DNA of 64,000 nt from Takakia lepidozioides (lineage: Eukaryota; Plantae; Bryophyta), in the NCBI GenBank assembly GCA_030704615.1, contig CM060732.1, forward strand, positions 83,080,001 to 83,144,000, read 5' to 3'. Shown piece by piece: positions 24,516 through 37,321 of the stretch. The notes beneath the pieces are model-generated. The model saw only the letters and a list, made by a program, of their open reading frames with translations. It made no database searches and was not told the DNA's origin. The translations under genes and the position numbers were made by a program. The first letter of the stretch is position 1. Each line of letters starts with the position of its first letter.

Positions 24516-24896
24516 ATGCTGAACCTGAATGGGTTGCATTGTTCCGAAACAACACAATTGCGGCCAGTCTTGATGAGCACAACTTGGTTGTCTGACCGTT
24601 TGAACTAACAGTACTGGCACTTGTCAGTGCAAACGTTCATGTCTGCACCGTGAATACTGCTGGATCCACCCTCAGGAGAAACTGTCAGGAGATGTTATTT
24701 CGTCGCCGAATCGGCCATCATTGTCTAACTTACTGGCTATGGAATCACACCTCTCACCTTCATGCATGTAGCTTGAAACAATACTTTCCACTTCAATGTG
24801 CGACTTCCAATCGTCGATGGACTCCGCATGGTGCCTGTGAGCCTTGGTCTGTTGCTATACTGAACCTCGCACTTGCCAACTTCTTGCAGTCTTCGA

Positions 24897-27298
24897 TGGC
24901 TCCGAATTCCTACGCTATAGTTTGCTGTCCTCCGCAACTTGGGAGAGCCTGGATCCCAAACGAGGGAGGACTTTGCAGAGTGACCGAAACTTACCTTTGT
25001 TCCAAATTCAAGCTCAAACCGGGCACAGTTTATTTGGAAGAAGAAAGGAAGGATGTTCCTGGATAGGTTGATGAGACCATTGTCGTGCTAGGTAACGACG
25101 GAGGTTGCGGAATCGAATGGCACGTACCCCCATCAGACACCATCTTGTACCGAGCTGTGGGAATGCCCATTCCCTTTCCGAATCAGTCGCTGCCCACACC
25201 ATCCACAAAGGAGTCCGGAAACCGACAGGCGGCCACTGCCAACAGAGAGGTATGCAACGATAATCATTCCCGACCTGGACCGTCAAGACCCTCCATAGCT
25301 TCTCGTGTGGACGTATTCGACATTTCCGAAGATGAAGATGAGTGCATTGAGGTCCCTATGTCCTCCACACGGTCGTTCAAATCCGAGATTGGGAGGGCAT
25401 AAACGAGCAGATGGCAAGGGCGGGATTGCCAAAGCCCAATTTCAGGGGATTCATGGCAGACAACGCTCAGGCCAACTGGGCAGCGGTGCGGCGTGTGTAC
25501 GGTGAGGACCCCAATGTTCCAATGGAGGGGAAAGAGAGATCCTGTGGATTCCATTGGATGCAGAGTCTATCTCACTACACTACCAAATTTGTTGCTAGCT
25601 CATTCCAGGCTGAACACCGTGTCCTTTGTACGGCGTGGAAGGATGCACCCACATTTGATGACGCGGAGGTTAAGTTTGCTATCATCGAGGCTTGGTGGAA
25701 CACGTCAGATGCAGTGGAGACAACCAATCTGGGAGCCTTGCACAGCTGGTTGGGGTGGTGGCATTTCTGGTATCGATAGTTCGGACAGTACATGCGGGAG
25801 GTATGATGCTGTCATTTTCGTGCAATTGTCTTTCTATTACGGACCTTTCCATTGGTTCCTCACCATTGTTTGTGTCCTTGTAGGAGCGGTGCTTGGATTC
25901 CGACACGGACATGCCGAACACGAATATGGCAGAATCAGTGCACTCCTCTTGGCGAGCGTCTTCTGCCGCACATCTGGTGGACGTAGTGACGGCCACAACG
26001 GAGGACATCGACAGAGCAATCATGCAGCAAGCCACGTACTACAAGTTCCTGAGCGGGAAACAATGGGGCTTTGGGCCGGACATGGAGGAATTGTTGGTGC
26101 GAACAGCTTCGAGGTCGAAGAATCCACTGAAATGGGCGACATCATTGCGAGAGAAGATCAAAGGGACGCCTCTGCACCGCAGAGGTGAGCACCTAGAGGG
26201 GGACATCCGTACTCGCCCTGTGAGGCGGAGGATTGAAGAGGAACCCGGGTGCGAAGAGGATTCCTGGAGATCCGACAGGAACATTCGGACAGCACCTTGA
26301 GGGCCCGTCATGTTGCCGCACAATGTGTCTTCCAGTAGTAGAAGCCCTCGCAATTCCAAATCGCCATCGCCTTCAAGCGGGGATTCCGTGCGAGAAATTG
26401 CCACCGCTCGCTTGCCCCAGATTCCACCCGCTGTTATGCAGTATGGCCAAGCCATTGTGGAGACGACTGTGTCTGCGTCACAGTGGAGAATTGCTCGCAC
26501 AAAGCCGTCGTTTCGAGGCAGGTGTTCCGCAATTCGAGTGGATACACGGCAACGTTGTTTAGAGATGATAAGGAGGAATCCAGATGGTGCTGTCCCTGCT
26601 CCTACTTTTACAGGAAGATTTGTCCATGCAAAGTTTGCGGAGGCGACAACCACCCAGTTCTGGTTCTGCAGGCACGACATTATGACTTGCGTGTATGGAA
26701 AGCCCAAGTACGGCATACAAACAATGCCAGAGGCTCCCCCGGTGTGGCCGGTGGAACCAGGCTGCGATCTGAGTCAGGTTGAGGCTGACGCCCTTACCGC
26801 CGCAGGATTTCGGATGGTGCAGCGCACTGACGTCCCCAGACAACCATTTCCGCTTCCACAGCCTCCACCACCGACCCCTATGAGAGCAAGAACAATGGGA
26901 CCCGACAGCTCTAAGCATCCTACACACCGTTGGGGGAAACCGAAGAGGCGGCGACCTCCCTCAAAAGTGAACGAGACAAGGATGGGGAATGCACTTCGGA
27001 TGAACTGTACAATCTAGAGCTCGACAGAAGTGCCCCCACCAGGCTTCGGGCGTGTGTATCAGATGGCCACGGCAGGCTCAGCTGTTTGCAATGAGGTGTA
27101 CACCATCACCATTTCAGAATTACCCACCTGCAATTGCACCGACTTCCAGATCATGGCGAACAAGGGGGCAAGCATCTGTACTACGTGTACCTAAAGAGAC
27201 TCCGGTGTAATTCCACAACTCATCACTTCATACATGCACCAGGGTTGAGCCCCCAAGAGGTGCACACTCTTCTGAATATGGATCCAGGGGACCAGTGA
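24897..27298 (+). pseudogene. MULE-type DDE transposase remnant with C-terminal SWIM zinc finger
   Basis: FRGFMADNAQANW (D), ERSCGFHW (CxxH), intron ~25801-25883, NTNMAESVHSSW (E), and YTITISELPTCNCTDF..KHLYYVY (SWIM). Contains stops and a deletion. Confidence 0.78.
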
Positions 27299-28126
27299 CC
27301 TTGGCTTGCGGTCCCAACACTATGGTACGCCCATCCTTTTCGGATAGTAGAACTGTATTGCTGCAAGTAGCTCTGACTCTGGCCACAGAAAGGTCCGACT
27401 TATGTCTTGCCTACCAGTAACCTGTTTTTCTCGAACTAAGATAATACTATGTCATTCACTCGTGTTTCCACGTGCATGTATTTTTGTGTGTTGGAGGGTT
27501 CCTGTTTTTCTGCTCTCCCAAACTTTGCTTTCCTCATTCGACCCCCGGCAAGGAAATGCGGCGCCGCATTTCCAAGTAACGTCGTAGGTACTGGTAGATG
27601 CGGCATTCACCAACACCAAACTGCCCAGAAAGTTCGCACGTACGAACCCTAATGCGACACCACATTTCCTAGTTGAGTCGCAAAACTTTCCCGCCGAATA
27701 CTGGAAGATGACAGAATTGTGCAGACTCTATTGGTTCAGTCGCGGCAAAAGGGTCAGCTTCATTCCAATGTTAAGGCATGTAAAACCGCAGAATACTCTA
27801 TACAGGCCAGTATGCGACATCCTTTTGCCGTGGTATACTGGATTTCTCGTTGCACGGTCACTCATTTCCATGAGCGGATCTAAAAAACCATGAGCGGAGT
27901 TGTTATTGACGACATATCTTCGCCGCATTACAGGATCTGTAACTTCCAAAAACGGCAAGGTCAAATATAAAACTATTGTTTTAATACTTGTTTAATCTGC
28001 CGCATTTCCAAATTTGGAGGAGTCCGCTCATGAAATCCACGTGTCTTAGACTTCGGCTCACCGCTCATGCGGCTCATGGCTCATGGCTCATGGCTCATGG
28101 TTTCTGCTCATGAAATAGTAAACCTC

Positions 28127-28288
28127 CATCTCATTCAGCCATACTGTCAAACACTCCCTTCATACATGTCCACGAGGGTATTGTTCAGAATGACACTTGG
28201 TACAATTGCAGCTCTGACAATGTTGCTATGGACCTCTTTCGCCCTTTTCCAGAGCTGCCAGGCTTGCACACGCATCGCAAATGCATAC
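28127..28288 (-). pseudogene. PPR fragment
   Basis: AKEVHSNIVRAAIVPSVILNNTLVDMYEG, same family as the other PPR pieces. Confidence 0.85.
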
Positions 28289-28321
28289 AATCTCAACAAG
28301 TCAATTGTGGTCATAAGATAC

Positions 28322-28580
28322 CTTTTTCCAGTCTCTGCCATATTTCCGAAATGCTTGATAGAAGAGCTCCAGGTCCTCTTTGCTCCAAGGAGGTCCAAGC
28401 ATGTCCGACAATTTGCGCTTCTGATCACCAGCTCGCCCACTCACCTCAGTCCCATAACTGCATTCAAGCAGCATCCAAAATTGGATTTCACTCTTGCTCA
28501 CGCTGGGTGTGTTACCCATCTGCCCAGTCCCAATGGCACCATTGCTCCTAGATATGGAATTTCGCCGGGATCCTGCAACC
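28322..28580 (-). pseudogene. ALY: Orphan 5' exon of ALWAYS EARLY (LIN9 homologue), SANT/Myb motif
   Basis: [34 protein letters not shown]|GT. The intron sequence is fused to a PPR fragment about 33 nt downstream. Confidence 0.85.
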
Positions 28581-29217
28581 TGCAACCTGACATCACCAGA
28601 ATCAGGCAAATTGTTCAATTGAATGCCTTTGATGAGGATGGATCTATAGGCAAAAACAGAAAGAGAGCTCAATTTGCTGGAACAGAAAGTGTTATTCCTT
28701 CTTCAAGTTGCTTAAAAGGCTCATGCTCAGGTCTATGGGCACTCCCCTTTTTCATTATCACCACGTTTAACAAAACAATGGTCACAAAAATAAGGACCAA
28801 GAAGGCTGAAACATGGAAAAAGAGCAACCTTCAGCTTTTGAATGTCAGTTTCACAATTTGTATTTATTGTTTCCAGTGAACACTGGTTATAGGGAGATTA
28901 TGGCGGACAGACAACAATTACAATCTAGTCAATGTAAGATTAGGTTTGAAACTTGGGTTTAGCTTCAAGCAGATGTGGGACTTTTGCAACCAGACACAAC
29001 CTGTAATCTGGAGCTTGAAATCCGGCCCTTTTGGATGAATCTGGACACACACTCGATCCCTGCTCCTTCAAGCTATCCATGCCTGTGCTTGCAAGGTGAA
29101 CGATGGTGGAAAACACAGAGCTCCTGCAGTTCAAGAAGATCAAGATTTGGGCATTGCGGGCAGTTCCAAAGACGTTGGCACGGCGATTTCTTTTAGCCTA
29201 TTTCGCGCGGGCCGTCT

Positions 29218-29410
29218 GGGCAGATTCCAAAGAAATTGACGATGACGATGACCTGGCTACGATGACCTGTCTACGATGACGTGGCGACGATGACGTGGCA
29301 CTATGGCACCCTGTACCTGCTCTACGCTAAACTAGCTTCCAACCTTCGGTCGTCGCTAGAACTAGGGCTTCGCGTTGCTCCGCACTACTAGCGACGACTT
29401 CTGAGAACTA
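29218..29410 (-). mobile_element. Hairpin-rich Helentron/Helitron2-like terminus, copy 2
   Basis: Near-identical to 18716-18920. Confidence 0.55.
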
Positions 29411-29504
29411 CGTGCAATTGGCACAAAAAGGGGTGGGTCATTGCCACGCATACAGTGATTCTTTTGATAATTGGAAATATATACTATGCAAAAAACATGA
29501 GGAA

Positions 29505-29700
29505 CTATGCAAAAGTATAACCATCATAGGCATACATACCCCTATCTATGCCCAAGAAGTGAGGGGGAGTTGAACCCCCTTTTCTGCCCGGTATGCAAAC
29601 ACCTCCCCCTCCCCCTCCCCCTCCCCTCCCCTCCGTCCGTCCGTCCGTCCGTCCGTCCCCAAGTCCGTCCCCAAGCATCAGACATCACATCAAATAACCA
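29505..29700 (+). mobile_element. HINE/DINE-1-like fragment with (CCGT)n microsatellite
   Basis: GCATAC..GTATGC short inverted repeat and GGGGG-AGTTGAA-CCCCC hairpin, followed by (CTCCCC)n and (CCGT)6. Confidence 0.45.
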
Positions 29701-30849
29701 CCCAATGTAGCTGCACTGATCGCCCTCCTGAAATAAGGAAAGAAAAAAAAACATCCAGAAAAATTGAGAAACCCAAGCCCTCCATAGCTTCCCGACACTG
29801 AGCCTGTAATTTTTTCTTCGTTTAGCATTTGTTTGGTCTGGATCTGGTTCTGTGGTTTGTTGTGGATGTTCAACTCTGTATTTTTGCTTTCGTTTAGTTT
29901 TTCTTTGTTTAAAGCATATTTTCTCCGTCTCTTAGCATTAACAAGCTGTCTATCCATATTAAACTGACGTTATACACGTAAGTTTTTTTTAATAAATAAA
30001 TAATGTTATTTATGTATACATTGGCATTTTTTATAGAATTAATAATGACCGTCCATGTAATGGAGATTTAGCTATTTGGAGCGAAATTTACCAATGGAAA
30101 GATAGTAAGGTGAAGGAAAATTTCAGGGGATAAAAAGAGAGTTTGAGAGTAATAAGAGAGTTTCAGTCTCCTGGATGAAAGAGGAAAAATTAAAAAGAAA
30201 AGATAATAAAGGTTTTAATCCCGCCATTCTCCCCCATCGGACTGGGCTTGATTCCTTGAAACCTTGCTTTGCCGCGTTTTTAGATCTGCCTTGGAGTACG
30301 GATCTTAAGCTCCCGACGAGATGAATTCAAGGTCAGATGGTGGGGTCATTTGCAACACATGTCCAACACCAGATACCCTAAGTTAATCGACTCTATATCT
30401 TGGAAACATGACCGCCCTGTCAAACAGGCTAAGTCTTGCCAGAAGAGAGTAGAAGAGATTCAAATGAAGTTAGGCAGAAAATTTCCCTGAACCTGTTTCC
30501 AATCTGTGACATGGGGGAGGATATCATGGATGACCTCAAGGGTCTACCCACTCTCGGCACCAAATTGAATTTAAACTCAGGGCAGGAAGCCTACCTTTGA
30601 ATAGTAAACAGAAGCAGAGAGGAAAGGGAGAGTGCAATTGCCTGTTGTGTGGGCATCCCGAAGATAATATTCATTTTTTGATTCACTGTCCGGGGTAGTC
30701 TCACCCTAAGTGTACGGAGTCTGAACGTCATGTAACTGAAGGATTTGGTACGAGTAAAGTCTACACACGGGGTAATTGTCCCCCTTTTGCAGAATGCTTG
30801 GCCATCCAGGAGCAATCTTAAGCTACTTAGACGACAAACAATTCACATG

Positions 30850-31215
30850 CAAAGCGCTGGCTTGCGGCTGGTCACAATCTAACCTCACAGGCCTAACTAA
30901 CCAAAGGAAACAACTCAAAGTGGGACAAGTTCTTCGGACTAATGATATGAACTGGTTGGAGATGTCATTGGTTATAAATGGGCAGGTAAGATGTGTACTC
31001 TCAAGCCAACCTTTGCCAAACGCGGTCATAAAGAGGTTGGATTCTTTGTCCGTGATTTCTTGTTTGACAATTGTGAAATTATCAACAAGGGTTTGAGGTA
31101 CGAGCATAGTATCTGGCTAAAGGTGAAACTGAAGGGCGGCATGAATACAAAGGACTTCTTTGTGGGTTGTGTTTACATGCCCACAGAGGGGACCTTTAGT
31201 GCTGACGCAGACAAA
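30850..31215 (+). mobile_element. Non-LTR retrotransposon APE endonuclease fragment
   Basis: WAGK..KRGHKEVGFFVRD..SIWLKVKL..FFVGCVYMP, a typical LINE endonuclease core. Confidence 0.65.
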
Positions 31216-31573
31216 GCCTGCTTTGGAGTACGGATCTGCTACATGGGGTGCTTAAAGAGTGCATGTCAACATGCTCCAAAACAGCCAATGTGGCTGTTCG
31301 GGGTGAGTTTGGCATCCCTTCCTTAAGCTCCCGACGAGATGAATTCAAGATCAGATGGTGGGTCAGTTGATGGAAACTACATTCTGGGCATTGTTGGGGC
31401 TAGGATGCGGCTCGGGCAATTGCCAGGTAAGTTTTACTGTTGTTGATGCACGGTTACTGGCTAGTCATGATTGTGTCAGATGAATTTAGCTCTAGTTGGT
31501 GAATGGAAGAAACAACCTATGTGGACTAGTTATGCTCGTCATATGCATTTAGAAAGTCCCATTTCTTGGATGC

Positions 31574-31662
31574 AGATTTTTCAGCTTATGAAATGATTTT
31601 GGTGAGACATGGGCTAATGCTGGTAGACTATTCGTATGGGGCCAAGAGAAAGTGCTACAAAG
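31574..31662 (+). pseudogene. Orphan axonemal dynein heavy chain exon fragment (AAA2 P-loop region)
   Basis: CAG|IFQ.YEMILVRHGLMLVDYSYGAKRKCYKV matches the dynein YEMxxVRHGxMLVGxxxxxKT signature. Confidence 0.75.
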
Positions 31663-31999
31663 TCTATCTTTTTCTCTTCTTTGGTAAGAAGGAAGGGCCA
31701 GGATCTAGAAGGCCCTGCTACTTGCCTCATGTACTCCTAAGTGCGAGTATTAAAGCAGCAACTGTCCAGTCAGAATTGCTATAATGTGCATGTGATGCTA
31801 GGCAACCAAACACAGGGACCTTGAATTCCATACTCTTCTTACCTCAGTTTCAAATATTCTCCTAGTAACCGAGGCACTATTTGCAACTTTCTGAGATATA
31901 TCATAATTTTGCAACTTTTACAATAAAACACAAGGTATGTGAAATAGGGCAAAGGACAGAAGAGAAGTGCCTGTTGTGAGAGCGTCTAGAACACCAGTT

Positions 32000-32652
32000 G
32001 CCTGCAGATACTTTTGGAATGCTTCCTCCTATGATTTACTTGCCAACACACACATGTCAAGTCATCATCTGATTGGTGTGATTTCCTTGTTCGATATACA
32101 TTTGTGTCCAACAACCTGTTTGTTTTTTTTTTTCTTCTTCATCTTGCCATATGAGACAACTCCATTTGTTTTCTAGTACCTCTAAAGTATCATGACAGAC
32201 ATGACAGGTTTGTTATAGTTTCTTTGTGGGTACTACGGATGTCTGCCTGTCTCAGGCAGTGGCCAGACTCAAATCATCAAAAGCTAAATTTTAATGTACC
32301 AGGATAAGCTGGATTTTTGTGTACCTATTGTTGATCGACCTGTTCCACTTCCAAGAGCCGATGCAAGTTGATGGTGTACAATGCTTGCTGCAGATACTTT
32401 TGGAATGCTTCCTTCTGTGATTTACTTGCCAACACACACATGTCAAGTCATCATCTAATTGGTGTGATTTCCTTGTTCGATATACATTTGTGTCCAACAA
32501 CCTGTTTGTTTATTTTTTTCTTGTTGATCTTGCCATATGAGACAACTGCATTTGTTTTCTAGTACCTCTAAAGTGTCATGACAGACATGACATGTTTGAT
32601 ACAGATTTTTTTGTGGGTACCAGGGATGTCTGCCTGTCTCAGGCAGTGGCCA
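32000..32652. repeat. Direct duplication of ~265 bp (offset ~386 bp)
   Basis: TGCAGATACTTTTGGAATGCTTCC..CTCAGGCAGTGGCC occurs twice. Confidence 0.85.
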
Positions 32653-32871
32653 CTGGCCACATCACAAACAGATGTGAGCCCGGACTGCACCTCCACAATC
32701 TCAGCATTGACTGGTGAATTACTTGTGACAATCAAAGAGACAACATACACAGAAGATCCCTCAATCATATTGAAACAAGAAGAATTTGCACATTTCTTTT
32801 GGTGTTGGTTTGCCCATTCTCTTTCCTATTACAAGCAAACATTCGCATAACTGTTTGCTGAACTCAGACCT

Positions 32872-33425
32872 AAACGTTTGAAATGTTGTTTATGATTTAT
32901 GGAGTTTAAGAAGTTTTCCACTAGGAGGATTAGAAATCCTTACTCTTACCAGGAGAGTCAGATCGAAGAAGCAACATCGTCAGAGATTGGGAAGCTGCCT
33001 AATTAAGCCTCACAAGGATTATCAACGTTCGTACTACCAATGACAAAATGAGGGAAAGCCACGGTCTTCGCTGAGAGCTCTCAGCTTGCAAGGTGAATGA
33101 TGGCGGGAAACGCAGAGCTCATACAGTTCAAGAAGTGCAACAACTTCACGAATTTGCTGCACTCAAACAGCCATTGCAGCAGATAAGAGGGCTGTCGATA
33201 CACAAAAATGTTTGAAATGTTGTTTATGATCTATGGAGCTTAAGAGGTTTCCCACTAGGAGGATCAGAAATGCTTGGTCTCACCAGGAGAGTCAAATCGA
33301 AGAAAAAACGTCGTCAGTGATTGGGAAGCCGCCTACTCACAAGGATTATCAACGTTCGTTGTAAGGTGAACGATGGCGGAAAACGCAGAGTTCCTGCAGT
33401 TTAAAAAATTGCAACAACTTCAAGA
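32872..33425. repeat. Direct duplication (offset ~334 bp) including a dispersed PPR-locus-associated segment
   Basis: GTTTGAAATGTTGTTTATGAT..CACAAGGATTATCAACGTTCGT occurs twice. The GCAGTTCAAGAAG motif also appears near 16375 and 29125. Confidence 0.8.
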
Positions 33426-34329
33426 ACCGGGCAGACCCGGCACGTTCTGGGAAAATTTGGTGTATTGGCCGTTCTTGGGCAGGCAGTCCGGGCAGGGTTA
33501 AAAAAATGTAAAATTCACATCTCATGTTTCGTTGTTTCGCGCAAGAAGAATGGCAGAATGTTGCCAAAGTTGAACCAATCAAAATGCTTATGTGAACCTT
33601 GAGCCCTATGACCAATCATATTTTTGGGGAATTTTATCAAAATATTTTTTGTCAAGTGGCAAAAAATAAGCAGTCTTGGACCAGCAATGGCCCTTCACAG
33701 CACATGACCGGTTGACTCACTAATAACAAACTACTCTTGTCACATTTGGATTCATAATTCACTTGCATGGGCATTGACAAAGTCCATATTAGGCATCCTC
33801 CATCCCTGTTATGTCTTATGAACCCACTCTAGAAACTCTTATAGGCATACCTATGACAGATCGTAAAAAAAACATCGTAAATCCAAAAAATATATTTCTT
33901 TCTCACGGTTAATAAGAATGCAAATGCCATCATCCCACAATTGGTAGAAATTCTGACAGCAATGCTCAAGGAACTTTTTAGTTTGTGAATATCCTGCCAG
34001 AAATATATATAGGCACCAAGCTGTATTGATTATCGTTCAAACACTATGGCTGCCAGTCAATAGAGTATGCAATTCCGTTGCAATGTGCCAGAGCCATGAC
34101 CAATGGGCTATGGCTTCCCATGACCAAGATGTCAGGACACTCTCTTTGAACTTCCTCACATATCGTACTCTTTATATCTCCTTGCTTCAACCAGTCTTCA
34201 AATTCCACCTGTCATTAAAGAAAACCCACACATAAGAAAAGTACTGTGTCCAGCTCTCTTGTTCACAACATTTGCGACACCTACAAGGGTTAAACTGATG
34301 TTTTCATTCAATGTACTGACACCCAGACC

Positions 34330-36110
34330 AGGGACCTCTTTCCCCTTTTCCAGAGCTGCCAGGCTTGCACACACACTGCAAACACAAACAAATGTGATGT
34401 GGTTGGGCTTCACCCCTTCGCACATCATTTGCTTATAGGTCTACAAAGCCTCCATCCCGCACCCTTGCTGTGCATATCATGCAATCATCGCACTCCACAA
34501 CACCACATCTCGTTCAGCCATACTGTCAGACACTCCCTTGGCATCTTTAATGCACCCACATTTGACATACATGTCCACCAGGGCAGTGTTGAGCATGACA
34601 CCGGGTACAATTCCAGATTTGACGATGCAACCATGGACCTCTTTGCACTTTCCAGGCTGCCAGACTTGCACAAGCACTGCAAACGCACAAAAACGTTATG
34701 TGGGCGGTTTCACCCCTTCCCCCATCATTTGCTCATAGGTCTCCAAAGCCTCCATCTCGAACCCCTGCTGTACATACCCTGCAAACATCACAATCCACGA
34801 CACCACATCTCGTTCAGCCATAGTGTTCAGAATGACAGGTAATCTGACATGCATTCACCTTTTTGCCTTGGTTGTCCCAATTCCAGCTTTTGGCAATGCA
34901 ATCATGCACCTCTTTGCCCTTTTCCAAGGCAGCCAGGCTTGCACACGCAGTGCAAACGCACACAAACGTGATGTGGTCGGGCTTCACCCCTTCACACATC
35001 ATTCCAAGGCCTCCATCCCGCGCCCCTGCTGTGCATACCCTGCAAGCATTGAGTTCCATGACACCACATCTCGTTCAGCCATAGTCTTGAAAACTCCCTT
35101 CGCATCCTTAATGCACCCACATTTGGCAGGGTAGTCTTCAGGATGACATCTAGTACAATTCCAACTTTGAAGATGTCGCCATGGACCTCTTTCCCCTTTT
35201 CCAGAGCTGTCAGGCTTGCACACACACTGCAAACACAAACAAATGTGATGTGGTTGGGCTTCACCCATTCACACATCATTTGCTTATAGGTCTACAAAGC
35301 CTTCATCCCGCATCCTTGCTGTCCACATCATGCAATCATCGCACTCCACAACACCACATCTCGTTCAGCCATACTGTCAGACACTCCCTTGGCATCTTTA
35401 ATGCACCCACATTTGACATACATGTCCACCAGGGCAGTGTTGAGCATGACACCGGGTATAATTCCAGATTTGACGATGCAACCATGGACCTCTTTGCACT
35501 TTCCAGGCTGCCAGGCTTGCACAAGCACTGCAAATGCACAAAAAGTCTCATCTTTCAGTTTGCCTGCCTCACAAAGCATCTTCACATGCCCAGAAGTGCC
35601 AGGCATTGTGGACTCCCTCTCTTGATCCTTTCTAGAAGCTGTGGTCATGGTTGAGGTGCTTGATGAGATGGAAAAACAGGGTGAAATAGGTCGAAGAAGA
35701 AGGTGCCCTCACCACATTGTCCTTGACCTTGTGTCATGACCCATGGAGGATTTGACTGACCATGAAACACCAAACTCAACTTATCACACTAGTTTTTATG
35801 CTCAATTGCATCTGCTACTCTGATAAGAGGGGAAAATAGGTTGAAATGTGTTGAAGAATGCCTGGACTAGCAGTGTCTGATCTGTCAGTCTGATTTCCGC
35901 ACAAGCATGCCCAGAAGTGACATCATTTGCTCATAGGTCTCCAAAGCCTCCATCCCGCACCCTTCGCACAAACGTGATGTGGTTGGGCTTCACCCCTTCC
36001 CCTAGGCCCCCAGCCCACACCCCTGCTGTTCAAATCCTACAAGCACGGCGTTCCATGACACCGAAACTCGTTCAGCCATATTGTTGAACACTCCCTCCGC
36101 ATCCTCAGTT
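34330..36110 (-). pseudogene. Degenerate PLS-PPR array including an N-terminal segment, with an internal ~350-bp duplication
   Basis: KPNHITFVCVCSVCASL, NTALVDMYVKCGCIKDAK and N-terminal HVKMLCEAGKLK. 34340-34690 matches 35185-35545. Confidence 0.9.
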
Positions 36111-36172
36111 AAAACCCTTTCTTCACAACCATATCTTGGTGAGCTACTCTATGAGTGCAAACCCCAAGTGCT

Positions 36173-36620
36173 CTACCACTGGTTGGGATAGGCATTCCTA
36201 TATCTAGCATCCTCCTCCCTTGTTAGATGACATACATTGGCGTCTCTAACACGAGCATTCCATATTTTTCGAGCAAGTCTATCTTTAGCAGTGGGTTTTC
36301 TCCGCAACAAGGCTATCAAGCCCCCCCTAGTCTTCTTCTTCCCCCCCTGCCCATATCCACTCCCACTAAAGGGATCTTCTAACTGATCATTTAGGGCCTC
36401 CTCCAGTCCTTGAGCAGTGCGGGCTATTGCAGCTGACCTCAGCACAACTTCATTGTGCTCTCTGTCTCTCCGAGATTGTGCTCGCCGAGTTGAGCCCCTC
36501 TCCTCTCTCGTTCTTTTAGCATCGACTTCATCTCTCTCTCTCTTATATTTGCAACTGCCTGGGCAACTATGGCTCCGACTACTGCCTCTTTGGAGGATTC
36601 ATGTTCTATTAGAGACTTGA
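36173..36620 (-). pseudogene. Captured 3' part of a conserved plant gene (Arg/Ser-rich protein C-terminus)
   Basis: KKKTRGGLIALLRRKPTAKDRLARKIWNARV..EEDARYRNAYPNQW*. It is flanked by PPR sequence and the Helentron-like terminus, and has no 5' exons. Confidence 0.5.
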
Positions 36621-36755
36621 CATTGCTACCCTCTACTCCTCAGTCTGCAGCATGGATACCCAGAGACATCAAACACAAACGAAGACAGCGAACGAGAAAG
36701 AAGCAGCAGCGTGCGCGCGTGAGTGACAAGTTCGGGCAGTTCGGGCAGACTCGAC

Positions 36756-36895
36756 AGAATTTGACGACGAAACGTGGCGACGAAACGTGGCAACGATGAC
36801 ATGGCGATGATGACGTGGTGACGAAAATGTGGCACTTTGGCACCCTATTCCTGCTCTACGCTAAACTAGCTTCCGACCTTCGGTCGTCGCTAGAA
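36756..36895 (-). mobile_element. Hairpin-rich Helentron/Helitron2-like terminus, copy 3 (shorter)
   Basis: ACGTGGC repeats plus the same hairpin. Homology to copies 1 and 2 stops after GCTAGAA. Confidence 0.55.
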
Positions 36896-37321
36896 TGTGC
36901 ATATTGTGGGCCCCAACAGACTAGCTCATGTGTTTTGTGGGCCCCAGCGGACCAGTTTGCTGGGCAGACCCAGCAGCAGACTGGCGGGGTCCGGGTAGGG
37001 GCGCTCCCACCCTCCGCCACACGTGGGCCCCGTCGCAGCCACATGTGTAGTCATTCATGACCCTATTATTGTTAAATGAGAAGCTTTTGAGGGTGTCTCT
37101 TTATGGAATCTAACTACTATGGAGGTGCATTAACACTATGGAGAGTAGGATGAACTAACAAATAACCAATTAACACTCTTGATATGGTTTCTAGTGTATT
37201 TTTTTATAGAGTATCAAAACCATTATAACATTTAGAGTGAAATAACACATAAACAAGTAACAGTAAGGCAGGGTCGACTGTACTAGAATTTCAAGTGCGC
37301 TTTAGATTTAGGATCTCTAGC

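Larger units (their letters stand above)
23405..28126 (+). mobile_element. Mutator-like element, left end missing, same family as 10651-15815
   Basis: Right TIR GCTCATGAAATAGTAAACCTC preceded by (GGCTCAT)n, palindrome array and transposase remnant. Confidence 0.82.

Noticed and set aside
28067-28879. 270-aa plus-strand ORF
   Set aside because: It is the antisense shadow of a TIR, a PPR fragment and the ALY exon.
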